A stretch of 64,000 nucleotides of DNA from Epiperipatus broadwayi (Eukaryota; Animalia; Onychophora): assembly GCA_028023455.1 (NCBI GenBank), contig JAQFVV010000002.1:13888001-13952000 (forward strand), read 5' to 3'. Shown piece after piece: positions 23,861 to 36,075 of this stretch (the first letter of the stretch is position 1; every line of letters begins with the position of its first letter). Both the position numbers and the translations under genes were made by a program. Under the pieces are notes generated by a model that saw nothing but the letters and a program-made list of their open reading frames with translations, did no database searches and was not told where the DNA came from.

Positions 23861-26800
23861 AAAAACTCCATAGGAATGGGCTGCGTCTTCTGCCACTACA
23901 AACCCATCCATAGGCAAACAGAGGGTGTGTGGCGTATTTTATAATCCTGCCCGTAGCGGATCTCTGCTTACACCTACTAATTACATAAATATACCAATCC
24001 ATTGAACCAATTCAACCACGAAATGAGCAACCCAAGATTACCCTCCCTTAATTATCTTTACAAATCGATACAGCCATTCACGCCCGACTCAAGTTTAACA
24101 TTTTTTTTTTTATAATTTATTTAACGGAAAACAGAAATCATAACAACTTAAAGAACAAAATTAAATAAATAAATAAATAAATGGAAATGATTTTACAAAT
24201 TAAATACATTAAATAAAACTATAACCAATTAATCAATATTGTTGGTCAGATAGAATAATATTAAAATCATTTTAAATATGAAAAGTTTTTAATTTACTGT
24301 TCATAAATTTTAAAGTTCTTACGGTTATTGAAATAGTTCATCCTATTATTATCCGGTTGATTTATTTATTTATCCTTTGGAGATTTTGTTTTTCGTGTAG
24401 TTGGTCCTCATTGTATAAACGATGGCCCATTTTTTTCTCTTTCTTAGCAGAACTGAAGGGATTGAAGCTGTGCGTCTTTTTCAATCCCCCCAGCGCTAAC
24501 ACCTAGCTGTTACATCGTCAATAATCAATCAATTTCCAGTCACTAACCACTAACTTATGCTTTCCAAAACTTGTCCTTTTTATATTTTTGTCAAAGGATT
24601 GAATTAACATTGCGTCATGGAGTGATGATTCTTTCGCTGCGGTCCGATTCCATAGGGATTTCTTCTTATTTGCTAACAGTTTTTATTGTTTTCTTATCTG
24701 ACCAGTGTTTTTACATTTAAATGCCGAAGGCTGGTTTACATTTAACTAATTAACAATCATTTCCATTTCTGATTAATTAACCTGTTTTCCAAATCAAAAA
24801 TATATTTAAAGATAAATTTAAAGATATAATTTCATCTCCAAATCTTTTTAAAATTTAGTTTTAAAATACTTTTTCTTTAATAAAAATTTTATTTTAATAA
24901 TTTTTATTATCTGTGCGACTTAATATATAAGAGTTTAAGACGATATTTTAATTTCAATTTTTAATTTTTAAAGAAAGTTTTAAATGCGAACTTTTTATTT
25001 TAACTTGTTTAATAATTATATATAAAAAAACAATGTAACGAACGTCTGTGCTCGTTACAAAGTTAAAATGTAAAAACAAAATTTGCAATGCCTACCAAAT
25101 GAAAACACGTAATCAAAAGCTTATCTAAGGAATGTATTCAAAAACAATGGAGAGATAGCCGGCGGACATAAAAACCAATTACCAAAATGACAACAGGTCA
25201 TCTATATAAATAGTCCGGATTTTCATCAATCAGATCAGTTGAGTTCAATCTATCAGTTGAGATCACAATCGGATTAAATCAGTTCTCAGTCAGTCTTCTC
25301 ATGTATTTGATAATAAAGAACATGCAGCGTTAATCGTCATCAGAATCATACGACTTTGCTCCAGCCTGAGTCCGATGAAACAGCCAACCTGCCCAGGAAA
25401 AAGTAATGCCTGCTTAACAACTTGAAAAATCGCCAGGAATATTTAGCTGTCTAGGAATAGTACCACAGAATACTAAGCATTAAATCTCCACAAGAAAAAC
25501 CTCAAATCTAATCGGTTAGAAATATTTTTACGTGAAGTAACAACCAGCAAGAAGACAAAGTCCTATTGAAAATAAAGTTCACAGCAAGAAGTATCCACGG
25601 TCTAAAATCCTAGGTAACAACATTTTCTTATTTCTATTTATAATTAATGTAGCCATTGCAATAATTTGAAGCCTTCCAGAGTCAGTTAACAAATGAACTC
25701 TAGCATGCATAAAGAACTATTGATGTGCGTGTCTTGAAATGTCGTATATGTGAATGCTTTAGTATATTTTATATTGATTTCATGTATTTTAAGTGCTTTG
25801 TATTATTTAATACTCTTTGTTATATTATATTGTATATCTTACTATAATATGTGTGGCCATTATATGCAATTATCGTTGTCTAATTTAATAAAGTTTTATA
25901 AAAGTAGTTTAAACTGTGCAATAATAAATGTTTAGTTAAATAAATTATCTTTAAACTTAAAGCTTGTCGGTCAATTCTTTTTACCACTAATTGAAGCAAC
26001 AATTTGTTATTGTATTACTTTTGATTGAGCTAGTCATGGGATACTTCAAACGCTGGATTATGGGCCTGCTGTCCCAGCACATTAGTTCTAATAGCTAACT
26101 GGCGCCTGAGGTTTACCTTAAAACAAATAAAAGTGCTTGGATAGTAGATCGTGTTATGCGTTGCATAGCTCGGTCTGATCGTGGGTATTGTTGATAGTTC
26201 TGCTATCGATGATATTCTCCCCTCGGCTCGAATCATCTTACGAATGCATCCGGTACAATATATACATGTTTATTGGTACAGTAAGATTCTTGAATCCATA
26301 TTATTTTTAAACAGTAATTAATACCATGCAACTTGTATTTTAACATTGTAAACAATATATTTTACATTTTCTCCCCATCTCTTTTAAAAAATACATATAT
26401 ATTTGACTTTTTTTTATTTGTGATGAAAATTGAATGCTACTGTCATAGCATGTGTTCTACCTACTAGATAGCAGCAATATAGGACATAACAATGAATGAT
26501 GAAAAAAACTAATTCATATGAATTAAAATGCACATATTTACTGTTGATTTTACAGCAAGAAATTTATTAAATAAATGTATAAAAATAATTTATTTAGTAA
26601 AGAAATAAATGTTTATTATTGAATTTATTGCAAAAATTGTATTAAATAAAAGCATGAAAATAATTTATATGGCAACCAAAGTAATACAAAATGAATAGGT
26701 CTTGTTTAATATTTTATGTTAAGATAATTTTTGATGTGAAGTTAAATTTGAAAGCATGAAAATAAAGCAAGCACAATGTTACAAAAATTAACTCATATGT

Positions 26801-27559
26801 ACCTGAAAAATATTTCACATACAAAGTTTACTGAAAGTATTCAAAATAATATTAATCATTCAGTGTTGAATAATAATTAAATTTAATGGAATGAAAATGA
26901 GGGAAAAATAACTTTCACTAGTAGCAAAGTAATTTTTATCAAACCATTTAAAATGGAATTACAATTTAATTTAATAATATGAAGAGAAAAACAAGGTACA
27001 AAGAAAATTGAATAATCATTAATTTTAATTATATAAAAAAGTTTTTAAAATTTTTTGCATTCACTAACAACAAACTATTTTATCTTTATAAATTTTCCCA
27101 GTGTCTTTCTAACCATTTAAGTAAATGTTCAAATACTTAGTTAAATTATCAAACAATTATTCTTTTAATAAAACATTTAATTTTTTTTTCCAACTTATGA
27201 TGAGATTAAATATATAATCACAAATATAATTATATACACATCTTTTCACTTCTTTTTCTTTTTAAATTATAGCTCCATGATAATAAATATATAAATTCAA
27301 CATTCCTTTTCTTTTTAAAACTTGTTTTTATTCTAACTATAATTTTCTTTCTCCTTCCAATACAACGTTTCAACTACATTCTGTAGTCATTATCAAGTTT
27401 CCTCCTTCCCTATAGTTGGAATAAAAACAAGTTTTAAAAAGAAAAGGAATGTTGAATTTATATATTTATAATCACAAATTTAAGTATGAATATATTTTTC
27501 TTCACCCCTTTTTACTCATGCACTTTCTTACAAAAATTTAATGTTTGTTTTATAAACAT

Positions 27560-27890
27560 CAAAGATTGATGGTGATTATGGATGTTAAAAAACCAAAGAC
27601 ATCAAAATATATAGATACTGAACTGATTTCTGATCTATATGACTATACAAGTGAATGAGTTTGATTGAAAACATTAGTGTATTTTCATTTGGACTTGTAG
27701 TGGTTGCTGGAGAGTTGCATTAAATCTAAAGATCTAAATGCAGGACTCGCTGATGTATTGCCACAAGCTAGAAAGTAATCTGGGATATATGATGACTAGG
27801 CACTAGATAGGGATTTTGATGCTCAAACCTTCTAGCATCCGTTGATTACTATGGCTTATACTGAGTAGCATTACTGTATGGAGAGAGTTG
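27560..27890 (+). mobile_element. Old, diverged copy of the hammerhead-bearing repeat at 61100-61510
   Basis: Collinear similarity (actgaactga..ctatatgactata, gattgaaaa, ggattt..atgc.caa.ccttct, ttgattact.tggctt..actgagt.gca) and a decayed ribozyme core ctgatgt...gaaagtaatctggg at ~27750-27785. Confidence 0.6.
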
Positions 27891-28676
27891 CTACAATTTT
27901 ATAAAAACTTCACAAATCTATAAGAAAACTGCAAATTTAGTTCATTTTAATATTGTTCAAAGTTTAATACTAATTAAATGTAGCAGTAAACACACTAAAA
28001 AAAGTCTTTATAAAAATATTTATTAATTACAGGGCATTCATTGTTTTAAATACTATCATTATTATAATATTTCAAATAATATTAACTTAATGAAAATGTT
28101 TGTAATATGGTAGCATTGAAAATTGAATCAATGGGAAAAACAAAACAAAACCATAATACATCACAGCAGTAAATTTTTGTAAATAAGGTATTTTCATCTC
28201 AGATTTTCATACACATCAGCATTCTAAATTAAATTTATTATGGTTATTTTATAATATCAGGCAATAATTGTTTTTCGTTAAAATATGGATTTATAGAATA
28301 TTGTATTTCATCTAAAGTTATTAGATAATAATATTCAAGGATTATTTTCAAATGTTTTATTGTCTTTTACATTACATCCAGTATAGTTGAACTATTTAAT
28401 CTTTCATAATAGGATTTTACCTTGTTACAGATATTGTAAGAATTCAATATGTCTCATTCTTTTAATGATGAATCATGCTAACATCATTATGGGTATTAAA
28501 AATATTTGAGCCAATGACCTTTAAATCCTTTTAAAAAAAAAAAAATGAATAAGTTCAACATTTAATGAGATTATTCAAGATCTTTACACTAAGGCAGCAG
28601 GTCCCAATCTTTTTTCTCTTGCATATTTCTCTATTAGGATTTTTCCTCTCGTATATTTCTTAGGTTTTTTCCTCTC

Positions 28677-28813
28677 ATGTGGCCATTGATTAGTATCCTC
28701 TCTCTTCATTATCCACATCCATCTTTCAAAAAAGTTTGTTTCTTTTCAAATTATGTGGCCAGTGATTAGTATCCTCTTTCTTCATTACCCACATTCATCT
28801 TTCAAAAAAGTTT
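28677..28813. repeat. Near-tandem duplication, period ~76 bp
   Basis: atgtggcca(t/g)tgattagtatcctct...atctttcaaaaaagttt starts at 28677 and 28753. Confidence 0.8.
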
Positions 28814-29019
28814 TTTGTTTTTTTCTAATTTGTTAGGTTAGCTAAAATCAAACTACTAAAATTAACCTAATGATATTTATTAGGTTTAATTTTGATTTTA
28901 GATTTAACAATTTATTTCAATTTTTAAATTTATTCAACATGGCTTTTAATAATTGTAATGCAATCCTTGAGCTTGTTTCATGGATCCTAATTTTTTAAAA
29001 TCAGGTTCAAATGAAGACA

Positions 29020-30630
29020 GATATAATGTCATTTAGACATTTGGTTCATAACTTTGCTAAAATTTTTTCTATTTCTTCACCTGCTTCTTTTAATATATCA
29101 ATTATAATTCCATCATTACCTGGAGCCTTTCCTTTCTTCATACATTTAATTGCATGTCTCACTTCTTCATTTAAAATTCTGGGCAATTCGGAAGATGTAA
29201 TAGATATAGGAGGTACTTGTTCTTTATTACTATATAATTCTTGATAAAAATCTTCTACCAATTTCATGATGTCATCTCTCTTTTTAGTAATAATTCCATC
29301 TTTTTTTTTTTATTGCAGATATAAATTTCCTACCAATACCAAAATGTTGTTTTACATTCTTGAGACTTATTTTCCTCTACAGCTTTCATTGTTAGTTCAC
29401 AGTTATACTTTCTTATATCATTTTCAACTCTTTTCCGCACTATTTTACAAAATTCGAGATATTCAATCCTTTTTAATGCATCATTTTTGTATATCTCATA
29501 TTCCTTCTTTTCTTCATAAATTCTCTAGTCTCAGTAGAAATTTTATTGGTCAATTGCTGCTTTTTTCTACCAGCTATCTTTGTTGCAGTTTTTAAAAGTA
29601 TATCAGTTATATTCTTATTAATTTCATTCAAACCTGAATCATGTTCAGAATCTACTAATACTTGAAACCGATTTGTAAGTTGTAATCTAAATTCATTAGA
29701 GTGTTTCTAAAGATTAGGAATATCAACGGTAAATATTGTTTTTCTTAATAATTTTTGTCTCTAGTTTTACATTAACACGTATCTTACACCTTACTAATCG
29801 ATGATCACTTCCTGTGTTAAATGTATTAAGAACATTACAATCTTGAAATATATATTTCCTGTTAGTCAAAATATAATCCAATTTTGCTGTACCTTCATTT
29901 GGATGCTTCCATGTCCATTTCCTTTTAACATTTTTCTCAAAAAAAGAATTCGTAATATAAAGTTTTTCTTTTTCTGCAAACTCCACAAGTCTATGTCCTC
30001 TCTCATTTCTATTACCATAACCAAAATTACCTACAGCACTTTCATCTTTCATTTGCTTACCAATTCTAGCATTAAAGTCTCCCATAACAATTTTAAAATG
30101 TTTACTCTGATCAAAAGCCTTTTGTACATCCATATAAAAATATTCTACTACTTCATCACTATGAGAACTTGTTGTGGCATAAACCTGAATTATCTGCATT
30201 TGGTATCTGCTATTAAGTTGTATAACTAATCTTGCCACTCTGTCCGATACACCATCAATCTTGACAATATTGTTCTTCCACTTTTTATTTATAATTAATC
30301 CTACTCCACTTGTATTTCTAATATTTGTGCCTTTATAATAGAGTATATGTCCACTTTTTAAATCATCTCTTCACCTTTTCTTCTAACTTCACAAAGTCCA
30401 ATAATGTTCCATTTAATATAAGACAATTCTTCTAATTCTTGCAATCTTCCTTCACTTGAAAGTGATCTGCAGTTGTATGTACCTAAATAAAAAGTCATCA
30501 TCAAATGGCAACCTGGGTCCGCAATGGGGATTCTTAGCACCCTCCGCCTTCGGCCACCAACCGCTGCCGTGGTTGGTGACTTTATAACCTCCTGGGAATA
30601 AGGGCCATGCTTTATTTTTGTCTGTCATAA
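29020..30630 (-). mobile_element. RTE-clade LINE, 5' part (N-terminus + APE + start of RT), 3' part missing
   Basis: LGTYNCRSLSSEGRLQEL..IIGLCEVRRKGE, IIQVYATTS, VMGDFNARIG, LDYIL, SDHRLV and APGNDGI. Closely similar to the 10531-12900 copy. Confidence 0.92.
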
Positions 30631-30870
30631 TTGTATATATGTATTGGAAAAATATTTATCATTTACACAAACATTCATTCTGCCTTATCAGGCACTGAGA
30701 AGAAAGACCATGGTGTTTCTTGATCTTAAACTCAGAAGTAAAAAGCCAATATTACTGACCACGCTGGCTAATAATGCGTACCTTTTATAAAAAAAATTAG
30801 TGATTAGCTGAGATTATTTCCCCCAAAAAATCTATTGCCTTATATTTAATATTAATTTAGATATTTTAAA

Positions 30871-30973
30871 TTATAATATTTAAGTTATAGTTAAAGCAAT
30901 ATTTTACATTATAATATTTAAGTTATAGTTAAAGCAATATTTTACATTATAATATTTAAGTTATAGTTAAAGC
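30871..30973. repeat. 38-bp AT-rich minisatellite, ~2.7 copies
   Basis: Unit ttataatatttaagttatagttaaagcaatattttaca at 30871, 30909 and 30947 (partial). Confidence 0.9.
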
Positions 30974-33900
30974 TAATGGTTAAGTTATACTTTATATGTA
31001 CTGTATTTTAATTTATAATTATTAATTTGCTTTTTAACTACATAATTTTTTAATTATATTTTATCATTTTTATGTATCATTTTTTAAATTGATATAATAA
31101 AAGAAGACATTGTGTAGTGTGTTAAAAGAAAAGATTCACTTTAGAATGTATTTTAGCGAAATTGTTAATATGTTGCCCAGGTTGGGGGTGACATTTTGTT
31201 TTTTTTTTAATATAAAAAAAAACTTTTGAATTCATATTGTATTTTTATTATTTTTACATAATTTTTATGTTTGTCTATAGTACAATCAATATATGGGATT
31301 TCATATATATATAATCACACATATATATATATACACACACTATCTAATTTTTTTCTTTAGGATAACCAAGTTGTGGTCTCACATAACTAGAACCTTGGGT
31401 TTTAGTAATAAATCTTCAATATTAAAACAATTCTTGTTAAATGGATTTAATTCAGCACTATTATGTCTAAAGCAGCTTTTATTTTTGGGCACCAATGTTT
31501 ATAAACTAGTTTATTAATACACTGTTCTAGTAATGATTATTTGCAATTTTTTCCTATTTTTTAAAATTTATATGCTCAGGCAATATTTTGCAAAAAATAA
31601 AATGCATTAGCACATATTAGCTTTCAAACAAAAATAAAAAATTGTTTCTTTGGATATTTATAAAACAAAATATTTAATAAAAGTAAAAAAACATCAAAGT
31701 ATACTATAACTATTTCATTTTCCATAAAATATTATTACATCAAACATACATTTATATAAACTAATAATAATACATATTGATAAAATAAAATATATAATGC
31801 AATGCCTAATGTTAAATTAAGTAACTCATTATCAAGTTTCTTAGTTCATTTAAATTCATACATTTAAAGAAAATAATAGATAGACTTTATAATGAATTAT
31901 TTCTCACATAAGTATTCACAAAGTCTTAACTTAGATTTTCCTTTCGGTTATTTCCATATATGGCTATGGCCTTGTGTTCTGTTGTAAGTTTCCTTTTTGG
32001 TTTCACAAGCCATTTTTTGATAGAATATTATTGCAGTTCGTGATTTTCTTTTGGTGTTGACAGTAAGCTAGGTATGTAGGCAGTGTCTTAGATAAAAGCT
32101 TCCTTTTTGCAGTAGATAATTAGCATGGCCATATCGCTGAAAGCATTTGGTTTGATAGCTCCTCATATTTTACCAATATATATATGGTTTCTATATTAAT
32201 AATGTAAGTTTTTTACTTAGACTAGCATGATAACTGATGAATAAGCAGAACTTAAGAATCAGCATTCAAATGATAATAGGACTTAACAGCAGAACAGCAG
32301 CATAAGATAATCTGAGAATCATATAATCAATCTAAAATAATCTGTTGACTGCTTTATATACTGCTACCACAATTCCTTGCATCACTGTTTATCACACTTT
32401 TTATATAGTTTTTCCTCTATGTGGGTCTATAATTCCACATAACATTTTTTCTCATCAAAACTTTACATAATAAAAACATATTTTTGTCTGTTTTATATAG
32501 TACACATTTAGGCTATAAAAAGAATACTTTAAATGCAAAAATGTTTATTTTACATCTTAAGAATTATTATATCAAAGTAAAAAAATAATTTTTCATTTTA
32601 AAGATTAAAACTAAATTTTAATTAATTCTTTTTTTAAAAAATTAGACATTCAAGTCAAGCATCTTTAATTAAACTTATTTCAAGCTTTTTCATTACAGAT
32701 AAGACATTTTTAGTCAATTATCTATAATCAAATTGAGTTTTAATATTTTATTTGTTGATAAGACATTTTTTTTGTCAATTATCCGTAATTAAATTAAGTT
32801 TAATCATGTGATTAAACTTATGAGTTTTCTGGGTGTGGAAAAAGAATATAAATAATGATAAAATATCTTACCAATGTTAAGCATATTTCCCCTTTTTAAT
32901 TTTTTTTTTTTTGTTTCTTTGAACAATCTACTTCAATCTCTGCATGCTATTACATTTTATACATATTAATGGTACAATATATTACATATATGTAAAAGTA
33001 AATTGCACAGTTTTATTGAATTATGGTACCAATTACAAGTCATGTTAATATTTCTGTAGGAATTTTATTTGCATTGATTATGAATTTGATTAAGTTATTT
33101 CTCTGGAATTCCCTCAATAGTGAGCAATGAAGATACCTTAACTTTGTGCTTAATTGTTTCTTCAAGTCATCGTCCCCCCTTTCCAAAGTTATGGTAAAAG
33201 CAATCATTGTCTACTTTTATATTAGAAAATTCTACTTGCAAGAAACAACATGGTTTTCAAAAGAATTTGCTTTGAACTTTTAGCTTATATTTTTTACTTT
33301 TAGAATTTAACAAAAAAATTTAAAAGAATTTGGACAGCTATAAAGTTTTTGATAAATTACTTTTTAGAAAGCTTTGTTTATACAATTTATATTTTGAATT
33401 TAAAAATAGATATCTCAGTTTTTTTTAAAATCAAGTAAATTAGAGGATGAATGGATTTTTATCCAATATTTATTTTGTAAATGATAATGCACTTGAAGAC
33501 TTTTTTCTAATATTTTCAATCCACAGTCTTACTAATATTAGAATTTAAATTCAAAATTTTCTTTTAAGCATCAATTATCTTCCATCTTATTTACCCATAG
33601 AAAACTCATTAAATTGTTCCTTGTATTATAACATCCAAAAAATTGTTTAATGAAGCAATGAAAATTTAATTCTGCCTCAATTAGCTAAAATGTAACTTTC
33701 CTATATCTTTTCCAATTTTTGATTTTGCAGTTTTTCAAAAATCATTCAAATTATATCTGTATTTGATGATTACTTTTCTAGTGATTATGTTTTCTCTATT
33801 TGGCAAAATTTATTATAAATATATATATTTTTCAGAATCAAAATTTATTTTTTCCATTTCACAATCATTTATCTTATTTAAAATTCAAACTTGACAATTG

Positions 33901-35019
33901 TTTGCATATCTGGTGTGAAGCAACTCAGTTTGACTAATTAGTGATTTATTTCTTTGACTTTAATCTTCTACCTTTCAATTCCTAATCTATTCTTTTCTGT
34001 AAACAGTAATATGGTTACTGTAATTTCTATATTTGCAAAAGTAAATTCTTTATTTGATTTTTTTTTCCAGCATTGTTATTCTGTTATCTTGACTCACACT
34101 AGACTTTCTAATTCTGATCAAATAGGTTTTTTTTTAATGCTGCTTTTACCATTTTCATCCATTTTTAATGCATCAATAGGATGATCTTCATGTTAAATTA
34201 TTTTCTTTGACTAGTTTCTCTTAACATCCATTTATCTCATAAATTTTATTTTCTGGGTTTCTTTCAATATCTTGGAATGAAGTTTGACAGCAATTATCCA
34301 TCTTTAGTCATCTTTTCTAATAATTTATCATTCCAATTCAACTTTGAATGACTTTAAATGTTATCTGTTCTTTAATTCATTTTGTTACTCTTTTACATAT
34401 CTTCATAGTTCTTATAACATGCTCCAACGTTTGATAGCATTATTTTGTAAAGAGCCACTTTATATAGAACTTTTTATTTAGTATTTTTTAATAATACACG
34501 ATTCTTTTAAAAATGATATTAATACTCTATTGCTCTTTAGCATTTTTTGTTATTGTTATTTGTTTTACTACTGACTAGTCTTTGAAGTATTCAATGCTCA
34601 TGTTTTTTTTGTGCATCAATGAAAAGTTATAACTAATTTTTTTTACATGGGACAGAGCGATGCTTAATTAAATCTTATTTTTTGGATTTCTTTCTCATCA
34701 AGGTTATAATTTTATAAATTAATAATCAACATTTTTAGATTAAGCTTAATACATTAAGAATTATTAATGCTTTTTATCTCTATTGTATTAAAAAAATTAT
34801 AAACTTGATATAAAAATACTTTTTAAAATTGGTATGTATTAAATTAGAATTATATTCTAAACTTTAACCTGAAGATCATGCATTTATTTTATTTTATCCA
34901 TTTTTCAAATTAGTCATATATAATCATATAGTTAATTATGTCAGTGTTGATGTACTAATATGTGCATTTATTAAGCTATTAGTACATTCACAAATGTGAA
35001 TTTTTTTATTTTTTTATAG

Positions 35020-35164
35020 GTCTTTAGCAGAAGCTTGCAGTGATAATGATGTAGGCACTGTTAGACGTATATTGGATGAAGGTGGAAGTGTACATGAAAC
35101 TTCAGAAGAAGGTGAAAGCTTATTATCTCTTGCATGTTCAGCGGGTTATTACGAACTTGCACAG
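35020..35164 (+). CDS. ANKHD1: Internal coding exon of ANKHD1/mask, first ankyrin repeats
   Basis: Acceptor tttttttatag| and donor CAG|gtaata. The first base completes the GG|G codon from the previous exon. Translates SLAEACSDNDVGTVRRILDEGGSVHETSEEGESLLSLACSAGYYELAQ. Confidence 0.97.
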
Positions 35165-35659
35165 GTAATAATAACAATAATTAATTTCAAAAATGTATAC
35201 TTTAAATATAAAACATTTGTGTCAATACTTGATAAATTAATTACAATTTGTTATATAATTTATGGTTTAGAACCACAAATATTTTAAATATAATCATAAA
35301 AGGTATAAGTCAATGAAGCATTATTATTAAAAGCATTTTTTTTTATCAGTTATACTATTGAATATACTTTTATTAACATTTGATAATTAATAAATAGTCT
35401 TATGATCATTCATTCTTTTTAAAAGTTTATGAGTAAGAGTACTTAGAAATAATTTTTCATTAAAAAAAAAAAAAGCATTGAGTAATATTTACATAGTTTA
35501 AGTACATTTAGATATAATAAATTAAATACAAGATTTAAAAAACCAAAATTAATAAAAATAGGTAAACAAGTGTACATTAATAAATGGAGAAACTCATAAA
35601 AATGTTCAGTTGTTACGTTCTAGCTAAAGATAATTTTTCTAGGCAGATAGTTAAGAGCA

Positions 35660-36075
35660 TATAAATTGTACACACACGTATATTTGTGACATACAGAATG
35701 GAACAGTTCAATGATATTAATAATATTTAACTGCGCTTGATTTCGATACTGTGTACCAGACTTGTGGCGACTTAACTAAACTGACCTGTTAATATTTCAT
35801 TGTTTGCCCAATGGGATACTGGTCATTCTTTTATTGATAATGTTGTTACACTTGGTAGTAAATCAGGACTGTTTTATCTTCCTCTTCCTATCATTAGACT
35901 TTTTGCAGACTGTACTAATTATTTGACGGTAAAATTTATGTCCAGTATTTTTTTTGTGATTGGAGAAAACAGAATTAACTTGAGAGTCCACTTTAAGATT
36001 TTTTTATATTGATGTATGTGCTGTCATATAAATGCGTTGATATTATAATGGACTATGTTTTTATCCTATTTTTTT
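35660..36075 (-). mobile_element. 3' fragment of a Penelope-like element (same family as 41665-42720)
   Basis: The + ORF at 35800 and the - ORF at 42378-42641 are homologous antisense shadows of the same GIY-YIG C-terminus (..RKRKIKE..). Confidence 0.75.

Larger units (their letters stand above)
20623..25059. mobile_element. 4,437-bp fold-back element: arms 20623-22815 and 22919-25059 are inverted repeats; TGT...ACA termini; 4-bp TSD AAGT
   Basis: The left end TGTAACGAGCACAGACGTTCGTTACATTG is the reverse complement of the right end CAATGTAACGAACGTCTGTGCTCGTTACA. Complementarity can be followed through the whole arms. AAGT lies at 20619-20622 and 25060-25063, and sequence outside is not palindromic. 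Confidence 0.92.
20593..26257 (+). mobile_element. Possible ~1.2-kb solo LTR, interrupted ~30 bp from its left end by the fold-back element
   Basis: Removing 20623-25063 rejoins TGTTAAAT...GAAAGT|TAAAATG. The right part has a TATA (ctatataaatag ~25203), several TCAGT, AATAAA signals, a GC-richer U5-like tail, and ends ...CCGGTACA. No exact TSD was found, so the ends are uncertain. Confidence 0.4.

Noticed and set aside
23766-24002. 78-aa minus-strand ORF in the right arm
   Set aside because: It is disrupted by indels in the mirror copy and overlaps the Cys-rich frame on the other strand, so it is most likely a shadow.
20623-25059. Giant palindrome as a sequencing or assembly fold-back chimera
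   Set aside because: Provisionally rejected. An exact AAGT duplication on both sides, TGT/ACA ends, non-palindromic flanks that rejoin, a 23-nt indel and an asymmetric bubble are not expected from a read fold-back. Read-level confirmation is still needed.
30690-30790. tRNA-derived (Pol III) head upstream of the RTE 5' end
   Set aside because: Only a loose A-box-like string is present on the minus strand, with no convincing B box or cloverleaf.
32230-32270. CTGATGA...GAAT hammerhead-like string
   Set aside because: The GAAA box is altered, and stems I and III cannot be formed.
33600-34500. RT-like remnants (RYAN.. on minus, FQYLG on plus)
   Set aside because: The motifs fall on opposite strands and are too decayed to assign orientation or family.
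35072-35287. ORF-track start and end as a stand-alone gene (also 17913-18143)
   Set aside because: These are spliced ANKHD1 exons read through into intron. The true boundaries are given by the splice sites.
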